Shown one piece after another: positions 35,018 through 48,646 of a stretch of DNA of 64,000 nucleotides. The DNA is from Toensbergia leucococca (taxonomy: Eukaryota): the NCBI GenBank assembly GCA_022813965.1, contig JALDZS010000055.1:62001-126000 (forward strand), given 5' to 3'. The notes beneath the pieces are model-generated. The model did not search any database. It saw nothing but the letters and a program-made list of their open reading frames with translations, and was not told where the DNA came from. The number at the start of each line of letters is the position of its first letter. Positions within the stretch are counted from its first letter, which is position 1. Made by a program: the position numbers and the translations under genes.

Positions 35018-36426
35018 TCACTGCCTCATCGAACTCTCTTGAAACGTGAACGGTGTGGGAAAATGCATGCTTGCAGTAAGCCCGAAAGGATCGGCATCGA
35101 GCATTGGGTCGAATGGATCGGCGATTTGCTGCATTCCTCCGTATACTAGACCACGTTGGCCCCCAGCTTCCTGTGACATTGGTGGTGGTTGCATTGGTAG
35201 TTGACCTTGCATGTCGAGAGTCATAGAAGGCGGTTGCCCTGGAGGGAAAGGCTGCTGGTGAAAGGGATGTGGGTAAGGGCCTGGACCGGCGGAATGATCG
35301 CTGGGGTCTTGGTCGTCCAGCATTTCCGCATGCGCGTACTCCTGCTCTGTACTCACGGAATCAATCTAGGACGAACATAGCTCTATGAAAATAAAAGGGA
35401 AGGAGGGGGCGGGTCAGCTTGCCGAGTTGCTCAATATGAGTCTGGAACGGAGATGGATAGTAGCTGGTCATCGACCCAGCTGTGCTATCAATCACACCGC
35501 TAGTACTTCCTCCCGTAGTGCTTGGCGTCATGACCTGCAGACCACTGACCGATGTTGGGATGGAAAGACTGGAATGTCCTCGTGATGAGGTTGTTCGAGG
35601 TCTACGCGGCGGGTGCTGCTGTTGCTGTTGCTGAGCTTGCAAACCCACTCGAGGTGAAATCATCCCACCTTGCACTGAGAAGCCTGAGGACTTGGTCGCC
35701 GTGGGAGACGATGTTTGCGATGAAGGCAACGGAAGCATTTGTGGTGATAAGCTTGTTAGCAGATTTGGTTTCGACACTTGACCTTGTGAGCTTTTTGAAC
35801 CGGTACCAGAAGCGGACCGTCGAGCTCGGTTATGGCGATTCATTATGGCTCGCTGAACAGGAGATGGCTGTAATACTTCTGAGGGATGGGCTTTGCTGGG
35901 CTCCAAGGATCGACCTTCGGTCTTCGAGTTGAGCTCAGCCTGTACATCGATCCCTGCACCACGGTGAGAGGGAGCGACGACTGAAAGTAGCACTCTCGAC
36001 TCACCCTTCTCCAAGAGTATACGTTCAAGAAGGGAATTCTTGTAACGCAGCATGAGACACTCATCAGCGGCAGAGCGGTGACTCTGCTGGAGATTCTGAA
36101 GGGTGTCTTCGTGAGTTTTAATAGTGGCCTCGAGTTGCTTGATGTACTCGGTGCGACGCTCTCTGAATGCAGCCTGGGCCTGACGGTTCCTTTGTTTCCG
36201 TTCTTCGGAGGTTGCATAGATCTAAGAGCAGGTCAGACTGCTTGTGCTGATAGATCCGGGGTAGATCACGTACTGGCTTCCTTCCACCTTTCCGTTTAGG
36301 AAGTAGAGCACTCTCTGGTAGGAAGGATTCATCAGTCGGCTCTGGGGATGGTTCGGCAGAGGAGAAGGACTCGTCTTTATCATGCTCAATTTTGGGAATA
36401 GCGGGTATGTCCTCGAAACTGGACAT
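35018..36426 (-). CDS. Yap-like bZIP transcription factor (Fcr3/RsmA-like)
   Basis: PKRKGGRKP|IYATSEERKQRNRQAQAAFRERRTEYIKQLE...ECLMLRYKNSLLERILLEKG; C-terminal DPMLDADPFGLTASMHFP; several introns; start may lie further upstream. Confidence 0.85.
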
Positions 36427-37583
36427 GTCCAAAGAAAAGAGCTTATCCTAGTGTAACACGCGGGCTAAGCCTGCCGAGGGTATTGACTTCCAAGAACGGC
36501 GCCAGGACTTTCAATTCAGCCAGGACAGGCGCTTGCAAGAATTATGTGGTTATTGTGTGTCAGTGAATTGTGGAGTTGGATAATAACAACGGATAAAACG
36601 GGGTCTTGTAGCGAAGAAGGAGCTGAGGGAAATTCATGCGGTCTGTGACGATCTAGACACACAGGCCTCATGGCGAATTGTGGGGTAAGGTGAATAATTT
36701 GAGTTGAAATCCTCGACATGTCAGGGGCATTTAAGAAATTTTCAGTCGTGATCTGGGTACGAGGATCATCATTGGCGTTGATGTCGCAAGGATGTTCTGG
36801 TTTTCCGCTCCACCGGGAGGAAAGTGTGCCTCGATGCAGGCAGGCGTGAGAGAGCAGGGGGAGGTGTAGGCGAGAGCCGTCTGACGTTGAAGGCTTCCAT
36901 TTGGCTTCTGGAACTCCGAGGAGGAATCTTCGATCAAGAAAGCACGCCCCAACTAAACGCAATGGAGTTAGAACGAGTAGCACTGGTGGCACTGGTGGCA
37001 CTGGCAGTAGAAACAGCAAGTGGAGCCTCGCCGCCTGCTGCTCTCCCGTTGAGCTGATCCACGCTACTCCGTACCGGATCCCAGAACCACTATTCAACCG
37101 CTGCCACCAACCCGACAGTTCGGTCCCACCTCCGACTCCTCCAGTAATGAGTCTAGTGACCCTGTAATTCTGTAGTGGCCCAATAGTGGTGCTGAGGGAC
37201 GCAGTAGTCCCCCAGTAGTAAATCTGCAGTCACTCCGTAGTGACTCGTGGAGGTTGCATCATCTACAAAGAACCCTGTTACACATTTCATCCTCACCCGG
37301 ACCCCATTCCCCCCGTCCCACCATAATCCTTTATCCCTATCTCCCACGTTGTCCTCAACCCGCAGCATCTCGATTCGCCGCATTCCTTTGAACCCTACCT
37401 CCTACCTCTACCACTCACCACAATTACCAGGATACTGTCGGCACTAGTACTACGACTAGTACTACGCCTGCCCCAGGCACATATTATAAGCCTCAGTGGA
37501 TGGTCGCTCTCAAAGAGGAAGGAGCATGCGTTGATTGTTTCAGACTGCCACTACTGAATTAGGAGCTTTGCCAATCATCCCCG

Positions 37584-39897
37584 ATGCAAAACTTGCACCA
37601 TGAAACAATCAAAAGCATGTCTTCACCTACACGTCGCTTTCGTCGCGCTTCGGTTGATCACCTATCTAGCATATCTGAAAGGAGATCATCTAGGCCTTCA
37701 TTGGGTCGGAAAGCCATCCATCCTCTGCCACTCGCTCAAGACCGAACATCCCAGACCGTTGCCTCGCGTGGCCAGTCGACCTCTCCGATAAGGTCAGCGG
37801 TAGCTAGTCAAGCTCTTGTTTCACCCGAATTGCGGAAGCCTTCTTCGAGGACCTTTGTTCGTGCAGTCAAACCAACCGATATCCTGGATGTTCCAAAGCT
37901 CAGCCATCCCCGGCTAACCTTGCAAATCCAAGTCTCGGCACCATTGTTTGTTGGTGGAGCGACGGTGGAAGGCCAGGTCTACGTTATCATCGATGAAGGA
38001 CGATCCACTCCACGATGCAAATCACGCCCTCCCATCTACTTTTCTCAGATCACAATCGATGTATTGGGCGTAGAAGGCTCACTTGGCAAGGAATCCATAT
38101 TTCAGGCCCTTGCGACCGAGCTCATCGACGACGCTCACCCGCCGCCAAGCAATATGATTGCATTTTCCAAAGCAGAGTCATACGCCATCTGGGAAGGAAC
38201 ACCTTCATCCACCATACTGCCGTTTCGCTTGGATCTTCCTGTCAACATGGGGCCTCCTCCATACCGATCAAGAGACGCGTACATCAAATACCTTCTTTGC
38301 GCCACGGTGGCTCTCAAAGCATCAGACCAAGCTGAATTTGTCCGTACGTCCCGGGAAATTGCAATATTGACGGTTCATGATCGTATGTTCAAAGACGGTT
38401 ACTCCTCCGAACACGAGCTGACCTGTCTCAGCGGATAAAGCCCTTGCTAGTCTTCCAAGCCCATTAATTGCCACTGATGAGCTGCAGCTTCCTCGAAAAG
38501 GCAGCGCGCAAGTAATCAAACTAACCGCAGGCCTTCACCGCCAGACCTGGGTAAGCGGATATTCTATATTTGTCGATGTGCATATATCCAATACTAGCGA
38601 GAAGGTTGTGAGGAAGCTCGAATTACGGCTGGAAAAGACAACGGTATTCTACAAATATGCTGCAGCATCCACCGAGGCAGGGCTTGCCAATCATCTCCGC
38701 TTGCCAGACCGTACCGAGAAGGAGATCGTTGATAGGTGGGTCATGAAAAAGGCGCGGAAAGGATGGCAAGGAGTTCCGCCACATTCACAGGACACGAGAA
38801 CCTGTGGAATTCAAGTGCCTTTGGATCTCGTGACTATTACGATAGGTGCGTGACTCATCAGGCAGAGCAATGGCTCCAATCGCGACCATTTCCAAGGGTG
38901 TATGACAGCCGAAACTTTAGCGTGCAAGCATTGACTTCACGAATAGGATCTGAACGCCTTCATAACAAGGCTGACCATATCAATAGGAAGGATGTTTGGG
39001 GTCCGCTTCTTCCTCAACATCCAAATTACGTGCTCGTTCTTGTCAGTGCTCTGAAATCCACCCAGAATTGACCCACTCATCAAATTTAGCAAGCAAGTAA
39101 CTGTCCAATTTCCAATTACTATAATCCACCCAGTAAGTCTCCAAGTTTCAGCAATTTTCAAGCGTACTGAATCCTTTATCCAGAATTCTCTCGACGTTCC
39201 ACCAAACTCCATCGCCCAAGTCGCCGCCTCTGTAGAGCACAGACGCGGCATTACGTCCTCGCCCGAAATCTTACAATATCGTTATCTTCCCTCCCAAGCC
39301 TTCACCGCCCCCTGCAGACAATCTTTCGATCACCTCAGCCGGCAAACCCTTCCACCTGATGAAATCGACTCTCTAACCCGCCAGCTGGATGGAAGTCCCC
39401 GTAGACAGCACCGTCGTGTCCAAAGTGCAGCAGTTCTCCGCCCCAGAGCTACGACCAATCCGAGCATCAGGCTCCCAGCGGAGGATAGCACCCAGAATTT
39501 CATCCATCATCGTAGACAGCACTCCCTCGATGAGCTTAAAGTGTCAAAACCTCAGGTAAGTTCCTCATACCAGGGCTTCAACGAGCCAGTGTCAAATATT
39601 CCTTTCCAACCTCGCACTCGTCCGAGCACTCGGCTCCCAGCGGAGGACATGAACATTCGTCACCACAAGCAGCGCTCTTCCGTCGAGTTCAAAGGTCCAA
39701 GATTACAAGCTAGTACCTCGGGCTTGAAATTTGATAGTCCGGTTGGTGGTAGCTTGGAGGCATTTGATGATGCTGTCTCCGGGGCTCAGGACGGGAAGGT
39801 GCAGCGGGAGTTGGACTTGGCAAGGGAAAGGAGTAGGAGTGTTGTTGGGTGGAGGAATGTTGCTGAGGAGGCTGCTAGAGGGGCGGGGTGGGGTTGA
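37584..39897 (+). CDS. Arrestin-domain protein (multi-exon)
   Basis: HPRLTLQIQVSAPLFVGGATVEG, LPFRLDLPVNMGPPPY, IKYLL, LTAGLHRQTWVSG, FGVRFFLNI, QFPITIIHP; disordered tail. Confidence 0.75.
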
Positions 39898-41867
39898 TTG
39901 GTTGGGGACTCTGGGAGTCTTGGTGGAGGATTGGATGGGGTGTATTTTTCTTTTGTCTTTCATGGTTTCTTCTGCAGGGATAGGGATGCTGTTATGTTTT
40001 TCCTCTTGGTAGGCTTTATTTTTTTATATTATCTGTTTGTTTGTATCATTTTGTCCTTTTATTTTAGTTGCCGTTTGTGTGTTTCTAGGCATACCTATGT
40101 AAGTAGTTGGTCATACCTACATGTTCATATTATTCCCCCCTCCATCTTAGTCGTTTTTATACTATCGCTCGCTGCTTTGCGTGATACCATCTTTTTTTTT
40201 AAAAAATCCCGCAACAGAGGGAGCTGCTGTGCGCCAATTTTTTTGGTATTCAAGTTGGATTTGATTTCTTTTTGGTCGTTGCGTTTTGCTGGCTTTTTGG
40301 TTTTTGGGGGTTTTTTTGGGTCTTTTTGTGGGTGGTTGGAGGGTTGGTTGCTTTGTTTCTTTTTTTTTCTTCTACTTCTTTTGTTTTCTTCTTCTGGGGT
40401 TTCTTGGCTAGGTGCGTGCGTGTGTGCTTGTGTATGTATGTACATATCAGAGGAGCAAACGGGGCCGACTATCGGAATCCCTTCCTTTTTTTCTTGACTC
40501 TTCTCTTCCATCTTTGAATCTCATTGATTTTAATACACCCCCCCCTCCCCGCCGGAAGACCAATTCCTCAATGATTCTAACCGACACCTCCTCCCATATA
40601 TTCGTAGTGGGTGTGTATATGTAGAAATAGAAACTCATCCCTCCCTTCCTCCATCCTCCTCAAAAACGCCAAATTACAATAAATAATCCCCACCACTAGA
40701 TTCCCCTCCCCCTGAAAAAAAAAGAAAAGCCGCGACACAAACCTTCCCCCCCCCCAAAAAACAACAATGGGGATCTATCTGCCTTTTGCCACCAAAGTTT
40801 CTATTTTGTAGATAAGTTTTTTTTTTGTTTTTAGTTTAAGGGGGCGTGTTAAGAAATTCCGCTGTTTTGCCCTGCGGAATACATCATCAAAGGATATATC
40901 TATCATCCACACATCATTTGCCAACATGACGGATGGAAATACCCCCCTCCCCAAACAACTCTTCCAAAACAACAAAGAATCCCTTGCAACGTAGACGAAA
41001 CCCAAATCTCCTATATTCCCCAAGGCCCCAATGGTAGCGGACAAGTAATGATGAATCCACACCATACGCGGGGTATAAGTTTCACTCATGTCGCATACGT
41101 TATTTCTGAGAGAGAGAGAGAGAGAGATATATATAGGGAAAAAAAAAGAGATAGGCGGAAAACTCAAGGACTACAACCACCCCTCTCCGTGCCCTAAGAT
41201 TCCCTATTCCTCCTCCCACCTACATCCAAAAAGCCCCCTCCCTTTCCCCACACAACCGCTGCCATCAACACCAACCCCCCGCCCCACCCCTCCAACGCCA
41301 AATCAGCCCATTCCAACAACCCTCCCCTCCAAAAAAAGAAAATCAAATCCCCACTCTCCAAGAAACACCCCCTTACAACACAGCTAACCCCATCGCGCTC
41401 CGACTGATTTTGTTACGCAGCCGATTAACCAGACCCCCATTCCCAGCTGTCACACCTTTCCCCTCCGGCATCTTCTCACCTGCGCCCATTTTCTCTTCCA
41501 CACCCCTGTGCACGCCTCAGATGGCAGAGGCCTGCAACAGAGAGGACATACGCCCTCGCTCGCTGCACCTGCTTCCTCTCTTAGTGCTGTCTGCTCCCGC
41601 TTGGCGATGCTGCGAGCTGTGGAGGTAATTGCAGACAGAGATTTGGAGTGTTTGAGTACGGCTGTAGGTTTTTGGGCAGGTTTTGGAGGAGATGGCGAAG
41701 ATAGATTGTGGGAATAGGGGGTTTCTTGTGGGAGCCAGCGGGGGAAGGGTGTTGGAGTATTCCACGTACTTTCGAGGGAGGGGGCAAGTGGTGGGCGGGG
41801 GTTTTGGAAAAAGGGGTAGGGATTGGGAGGTTTTGGTTTTGGAGGTGCCAGGAGAGTTGGTGGTGGA

Positions 41868-42966
41868 TTAGTGGGGTCTGGGCGCGAGGGAATGAGAGCG
41901 GGGGCAGGTGAGGGTTCCTGCTGGGCTGCTGAGGCGGTTGGAAGGTAGATGCGACATCCATTTTGGGAGCGGTCGCGTTGGGGACGGCGTGTAGGATTCT
42001 GTGCAGGACAGGGGGTTTGAGAGCGAGTGATGAGTTGGCTGAGGTGGTGGAGATTGGGGAAGGTGTGGGTTGGGTGGCGGAGGGCCGCGTGTTGGTGGTG
42101 GCGCTGTGGCGGGCTGGGGTTGGAGGACGACATTTCTCTTGTTGGGTACAGTATCCGGTCCCCGTATGGTGATTGGTGTGCGTTGGGATGCTCTCCTTTT
42201 GGATTTACGCTTCGACTCTACGAGCGGTGTGGTCGAGACTTCGGCTCCGTGATTCTGTTTCGTGGGCCCGGAAATAGCGTGCAGATCCTCGGAGCAATAC
42301 TTGCACAGCGGGGGAGTGTCCAACTCGATGCCCTTCCGGTTTCCGGTCCAAGGTGGTGGCTTCATAGGCGTCTGTCTAGTTACTATCAATCCACAAGTCT
42401 TCCCCCAAAATTCATTGTCTCAGACGGGGTTTGTTGAGACATCTCACCCTACAAATCAAACAAGCTAGACAAGCCCAGTGCCACCAACACCATCCAAACC
42501 CCACCCTTTCTTCTCGTCGGTATACTATCTCCCCGCATGTCCAGCAGATGGAGAGATCGTAGATCCATACCCAGCATGCGCGGCAGAATATGCGCCCGTC
42601 GCTTTCTGGGATGGGAAAGCTTGACTTGGAGAGCGTGGAGGGGAAAGTGAAGGGTGCGATACCGCTTTGGAGGGGGTGGTGGCAGAGGGTGCAGATGTAG
42701 AAAGGCTCTTTTTCTTCTTCGTCGTCGTCGTCTGCGCCATTGGATTGAGCTGCTGAGCGGCTGTGGCGTGGGCGTTGTGGTTGCGCGAGGGTTTGTTTGT
42801 TTGTGGAGAAGGCGGCTTCTTCGTGAAGAAGAGGGAGTCGGGAGCTTGATTTGTGGGTACGTAGAGGGAGAGGGATTAGGTGCTCTTGGACTGGCGTAGG
42901 TGGTCGTGGGAGGGGTGATAGCACATCGCGGGTACGCAAGTAATAATGATGACATAGAAGGTCCAT
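41868..42966 (-). CDS. LIM-type zinc-finger protein
   Basis: CTLCHHPL...IFCRACW..ICWTCGE..GFGWCWWHWACLACLIC, then after an intron PPLCKYC and PSPTRPLPKWM; 3' end uncertain (may continue into the 41450..42133 frame). Confidence 0.6.
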
Positions 42967-43357
42967 ATGTAGGGAGAAGATGAAAGCATCGCAAGCGAGG
43001 ATGATGGGGTAGTAGAGGGGTTTGATAATATGATATGAGACTGTACATATGCTGTAATGAAAGGAGTATTCTCTGTGCCATCGTAAAAGAGAGATATTGG
43101 CAAGAGCAAGGAGCGAGAAAGCAGACATCGAAATTTTAATAATTCTTCGAGAGAAAGGTCTTTCATAATAGTATATATTTGTTAGCTAACCCCATTCAAT
43201 ATTTACAAAAATTGGCGATTTGATCTCAATGAAAAAGAGTGACATGATGAAAGACTTCCTTTTCCAAACAGTGCATGTAGGTTCGTTCCAGATCAAGTAG
43301 CCCACGAATAGAGAGATTCGTCCGAGTCCACACCTTCGCAGTCTTCTCAGAAGCCTC

Positions 43358-43882
43358 CTAATAGCCCCAATATCCCTTGACAAGATACGTGCCATAAGCC
43401 GCCAATCCAGCGAGCAGACCCTGCGTCCCATAAAAACCTACAGGCCTCCCACTTCCCATGCCATCTTTGGCCATAATGCCAAACTCAGCATGAGCGATTC
43501 GCAAGACCAACAGTGCTCCCATGGCATAGTTCAACCCCTTTCGGTTGCCACCATTGAGTTCAGCAACGGCGGCCAGAATAAATGCGAGGGGGACGTTCTC
43601 GATGAAATTGGCGTGGGCTCGGGTGCTGAGCGTGAGCGGGTCGTCTTCTTCTTTTAAAGATTCTATAGGGATACGATCGCCAATGAATTTTTCGTGCTTG
43701 AGACGGTAGTAAACAATGCGGTTTGAAAGGAAGAGGAGATAGGCTGCGAAAGGGAGGGTCCAAGTGCCGGTCATCGCTGGAGTGGTTTTGTTAGTGGAGG
43801 TTAGGTTTGCGTTTGAGCGGGGAAAAGAGGTCTCACGCAGCATTTTAGGCACTGGGACACCAATCCCAATTGATGAAGACAT
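43358..43882 (-). CDS. MAPEG family membrane protein
   Basis: RAHANFIENVP and LLVLRIAHAEFG..GRPVG motifs, hydrophobic helices; short in-frame intron after MSSSIGIGVPVPKML. Confidence 0.85.
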   Translation of the reverse strand: MSSSIGIGVPVPKMLRETSFPRSNANLTSTNKTTPAMTGTWTLPFAAYLLFLSNRIVYYRLKHEKFIGDRIPIESLKEEDDPLTLSTRAHANFIENVPLAFILAAVAELNGGNRKGLNYAMGALLVLRIAHAEFGIMAKDGMGSGRPVGFYGTQGLLAGLAAYGTYLVKGYWGY

Positions 43883-44095
43883 GATTAGAACGAAATATTG
43901 TATACACACGGAGAGGACGAGAGCTGAAACGAGGATGTGTACAATTTGGACAGTGGATCCAAGGTTGCGGGGAAATGAAATAGGTTGTCGAAAGTAAGGT
44001 GGTAACCTAAGGTAAGCTCCGAGGGTCGATTCCTATGACGTCATTATTAACCTATTGCCGCTAGTCGTCATTAGTATTTAGCATATTCATACCTA

Positions 44096-45115
44096 ATGCT
44101 GCGGAATCCTTGGCGCCACTTTCCCCACCCCCCCCCCCCCCACCCGCTGAGTTGCACCTAAAAAGTCGACATTCAGCTACCTAAATTCACCTCAATATCC
44201 TATCATCATTAGTAGGCTGAGGATATAGGCTGGGGAACAGGGGCTTTATCTCCTTGATTTATAGTAGTAAAAGCATGAGATGGTGGTCAAATTGCGCCCG
44301 TCAACCCTACTAATTGATTGATCTATGCTGGAGAACGCTGGAGAGCGCTGGAGAACAGTGGCCAGATTGCGCCTGTCATCCAGGCAAAAAACTTATCTTA
44401 TTCCGGATCACCCTCATCCAAACCCTCATCTAATGACCACATCTCAAGTTCTCGTTGCAACGCCTTGTAGTCGCCCTCAAATATATACCCGTCACCAGCA
44501 TGCTCATTATGTTCTCATCCATACTGATCACACCTATTGTGCTCAATAGTCAACTGTAGGAAGTCTTCAAAGGTATGACCTTTCTCCTGATAGCTAGGTC
44601 ATACTCATTGAAAATGCTGTCACATTCAGGTCTTAAGAACTCTGAATGACAGTTCTATTGCGCTGTAGTCTGGCGAATAAGGAGGAAGGCATTTGATGAT
44701 AAGGCCGGCTTCTTGAATCACCTGTTCCACACGTGGGTCAAGGTGATGACTTCCGTTATCTGAGCAGATGATGCTTCATGATTCAGGGTATGAGTTGCAA
44801 TGAAGCAATAGTTCGTGTGTGATCCAGGTGAAAAAACCCTCCTGATTATAGTACCCTTCCCTAATGCCTGTACATGAAAGATAACCATCGATGGTGTAGG
44901 CCGGAAAGAGCGATAGGTAAAACCATTATGTGGATGGATGGATGGATGAAGGTGGATGCGACGGGGGTGGATGCGATCTTTGCACAGTCAGTATGGCCTC
45001 ACCATTGCCTATTCAGGTCATTATACTACCTTACTGATGATAGTCGACTTTTTAGGTGCAACTCAGCGGGGGGGGGGGAAGGAAAAAAAAAGTGGCGCCA
45101 AGGATTCCGCAGCAT
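44096..45115 (-). mobile_element. Internally deleted Tc1/mariner (IS630-type DDE) DNA transposon
   Basis: ~75-bp TIRs (ATGCTGCGGAATCCTTGGCGCCACTTT...CCCGCTGAGTTGCACCTAAAAAGTCGAC) flanked by TA on both sides; internal minus-strand remnant SIICSDNGSHH...AGLIIKCLPPYSPDYSAIELSF with stops (~44620-44820). Confidence 0.88.
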
Positions 45116-45199
45116 TAAGAATATGCTAAATTCCGTGAGGATAGGTAAACAACCTGTCGAGCCTCCATTTATCCAATTCTTTCAATCATTTCACAATAA

Positions 45200-45690
45200 C
45201 AACATATCGAAGACTTACCACCACACCGAGTAAGCTGTGGGAAATGCATTAGACGCCTATCAGAATGGTGATAACACATCAGTGGGGGCCGCGGCATTGG
45301 CATTTGATATTGATCCTCGACGTGTACAAAGACGAGCAAAAAGACTGGCTCCCAAACCGACTAGACCGCGAGTCAACCAACGTCTTGATGGGGCCCAAGA
45401 ATTAGCAATACTTCAGTATATTAAATAACTCGATGAGATGCATGTATCACCCCGACTGTCTATGCTCAACAACGCTGCCGATTATCTATCATTCGAAGCC
45501 CACTCCGATGCTCTCAAATTACCACCTATCATTGGTCCTAGATGGGTGTTCTGCTTTCTTTGACGCAACCCACAATTGTATAAACGCAAACAGGCTGCTC
45601 TTCCTGTCGAGTGAGCCAATACAGAGAATCCTGCTACAATGAAGGCACATTTTGATACTTTGAACAGTGTACGAATCCAGAAAAAGGCAC
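45200..45690 (+). pseudogene. pogo/Fot1-type transposase N-terminal remnant (psq-type HTH plus CENP-B HTH)
   Basis: ALDAYQNG..SVGAAALAFDI..RVQRR...NQRLDGAQELAILQYIK*LD...IGPRWV..FL*RNP with in-frame stops. Confidence 0.75.
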
Positions 45691-46200
45691 TGAAGATGCC
45701 GGAATATGGAACATGGATGGGAGTGTCTTTCGTATTGGTTGCGGCGGAGGACATTAGATTGTATCTTTTCATTCAGATTCATCAATATGTCTGCATGAAC
45801 CTAATGAAGAGCAAAGCTGGAATCTTTAATAGCAAGGCGAGCTAGCGATCCTCCGAAATATTTCCCTCTGCTGCGAAATACCTCATGATATTGAGAAAAG
45901 ACTGGTCTATTCCACGGGCAGAAGAACTTGGTCCTCACAGATCGTTGTGATGTTAAGCGTTCAAGAAAACTGGACATAGAAATTGGCGTCTCAGATTCAA
46001 AATGGAAGTCGGCATAGAGCATCTATGTGAGTCAGCTAAGTAAATTGTGCAACTTCTTAAAATCTAATTTATCATTTTACAAGCTTAATAGTTGTTGAGG
46101 TCGAGATTAGCATTATCATTATCATAACATTATCTCCAGCCAACTGCACTCGCTCCATGTATACCCGAGTGTAAGTAACAAAACAATCGCACTGTATTCC

Positions 46201-46886
46201 TTAGCCAAGCACAGCCTGAGAAATACCCGTCCAAATCCCCAGCGTATGTAGTTTCTCATGCGCCACCGGCTTCTCATGTAATTGCGCGTTGACATTCTCC
46301 CAGATCTGCTTGGGATCAGGTCGATCCTTTGCGCCGCCAAGATTCATCTTCATTCGTGTACACACACTCGTCAGCGCTCGTTTTCCCCACAACATTGTCA
46401 GAGAAATCAAACAGATGCTCGTACTCACGTAACTAGGGTTGATAGACCATTTGTAAAGAATGCTGCCGTCCTTCTTGATGACCAGAACGGCCGGCTGCGC
46501 CATTCCGTGCTCGTAGCCTCCTTTGTTCGAAATGGCAACGTCGATTAAGCCCCGCTTCTTGAGCTCGGCGGCGAGAATGTTCTTCGTGTCGACGATTGCG
46601 GTACCGTTATATTTGGAGCCAGTGCGGGTGGCTACGAGGTGCACTTCTTTCTCAGAGGTGACGACCAAGGGCTTGCCGTTGGCGGCTGTGATTTCGCTCG
46701 CAAAAGACTGGAGGCTCTTGAGGTAGGCAACGCAGAATGGGCACCAGTGGCCGCGATAATCTGAGAGAATTTCTGGTTAGTATGATTATTCCATTGTGTT
46801 CTTTCCGGGGTTGGCGACGTACAAATGACGAAGAGGAAATCGGAGCTTTGGAGTAGGGAGTCGAATTCGGCGACGAGATCGGACAT
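46201..46886 (-). CDS. Thioredoxin-fold peroxiredoxin-like (AhpC/TSA-type) protein
   Basis: YRGHWCPFC CxxC motif, MAQPAVLV, NLGGAKDRP; two introns. Confidence 0.8.
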
Positions 46887-47698
46887 TGTTGAGATTTGAG
46901 CAGATTTAGGTGGAGAAAATGTATTTGTCAAAGATGCGGTTCGTGATGAAAGGGTTCTCACGATCGATCATATAGTATTTGGTGATTCTGATGATTCAGT
47001 AATCATATGGGGATAAATGCAACCCTTCGTTAAGTCCGCCCCTAATGCCGAAATACCTACACGTCACTCAAATTATATGAAAACATCAAATAATACTGTC
47101 TCTTTCTTGTGCCATCTTCTTCATTGGCATCATCTTTAAGACCTCTTTCATTTTGCGATTGTCGTAACAAAGTGAGAAGCGATGACATGAGCTGATTGCA
47201 AATTTATCGAAGGAAAAGAGGGTTAACGTAAAGAGAGTGGAATACTATGCGGCACTAAACCCCTTCTAGCTACCTAGGTAGCGGGTCCCTTTTTAGATCG
47301 TTAACCTAATTCGCCGCATACCTAAGCTCCTAAGGTAGGGGGGAGGGGTGTTATCACGAGTAGATTTCTTACCAGTTCTTCCCAGTTCTTCCATGGCAAT
47401 TGGAAACCCCATAAGCGCGATTGGGAGTGCCAGGAAACCTCGGCTGACACCACTACATCGAACCATTTTGGCTCTTTGCTACTCTGCCTCCTTCCCACTT
47501 CAGCTTGGCGTCAGGATGCGACCATGTCGTGATGTTATGTCGTGATAATCCCATGAGTTCTTTCAGCATGTTATGACCTGCGCTAACTTTGCCTCTTACA
47601 TAGCATCTCCAAAATCCTGAGGCCAAATCTGCCTCTCGAGTTGGTGATGTTCGGTATGTTGTCGTTGAAAACCAGCTCTTGAATATCCAGTCCTCGCT

Positions 47699-48646
47699 AT
47701 GGCCCAAGTGGCAAGCTTGTTTCTTCGAGGCCTGATATCATCTACTCCCAAACCAAATGTCACCACCACTTCGGTCGCCGCCATTGTAACTGAAGCGGCC
47801 CAATCTCCTTGCTTTGCTCTTACGAGTCTTCCCATGGAGCTCCAGCTTCGGATCCTGCACTACTCACTCGTCTCGCCCTTGCCAATTTTAGACGCCGGCT
47901 TTTCTGACTTGGAACGCTTTTATCTTACCGAGGGCGATGAGCGCGGACAGGACAGGATCAATCCTCATATCCTCTTTACTTGCAAACTCTACTACGTCGA
48001 GGGATTAGTCATGTTGTACACTCGCAACACGTTCTTGTACAATCCGCATGACCTGGGATACGTTGATCCTATCCCGGCTCACACCTCCCTCACGGGCATC
48101 GAACGTCTCTCGATGATTGAAAATCTTTGTGTAAGGCGAGTCTACTATAGAGACGAAGAGCCGATACATAGAGTAGTCGATGTCATGGATTGGCTAGCCA
48201 AATTCACCAACGTGCAGAATTTTCAGGTCGATTTTGCAATTCGTAGCTTTAAGGATGTTAACAGCTTGTCTTATCCGCTGGACTCGCCTCTCCTGACCAG
48301 GCTTATCAGTGACATGACCAGCGAAGCCGAGAGGATATGCAATATCAGAAAACAAGCCATGGGTGGCGATGGATTGCTGGATACGCTGCTGTTAACGGGC
48401 CTCGAAGCTAATGACCCGTTTCTTCGATTCTTCGTGGTTCGAACCATGTCGCGTTTATTGAGGTTGGGGGGAAGATTCGGCATCATCTCTCACCGATTCC
48501 ATGGCAAAGCAGCAGACAAATATCGACATCGGCAGCCGCAATTTATCTGGATAGCTGTCAAGGATCTTTCAGCTTGGATCGAGAAAGAGCGTGAGATGTT
48601 TTCGATCAAATTTGAATGTCAGCAACAAATGTTCGCGAGCATTTGA
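47699..48646 (+). CDS. Hypothetical protein with F-box-like motif
   Basis: 315-aa ORF; LTSLPMELQLRILHYSL and ILFTCKLYYVEGLVMLYTRNTF pattern common in fungal F-box-like proteins; start uncertain. Confidence 0.55.
   Translation: MAQVASLFLRGLISSTPKPNVTTTSVAAIVTEAAQSPCFALTSLPMELQLRILHYSLVSPLPILDAGFSDLERFYLTEGDERGQDRINPHILFTCKLYYVEGLVMLYTRNTFLYNPHDLGYVDPIPAHTSLTGIERLSMIENLCVRRVYYRDEEPIHRVVDVMDWLAKFTNVQNFQVDFAIRSFKDVNSLSYPLDSPLLTRLISDMTSEAERICNIRKQAMGGDGLLDTLLLTGLEANDPFLRFFVVRTMSRLLRLGGRFGIISHRFHGKAADKYRHRQPQFIWIAVKDLSAWIEKEREMFSIKFECQQQMFASI

Noticed and set aside
39898..41400. Hydrophobic or Lys-rich ORFs (e.g. 39898..40497, 40125..40511)
   Set aside because: Products of poly-T/poly-A low-complexity sequence between convergent genes
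47269..47282. Perfect palindrome GCTACCTAGGTAGC
   Set aside because: TACCTAGGTA-type motifs are common in ascomycete intergenic DNA; no specific function can be supported
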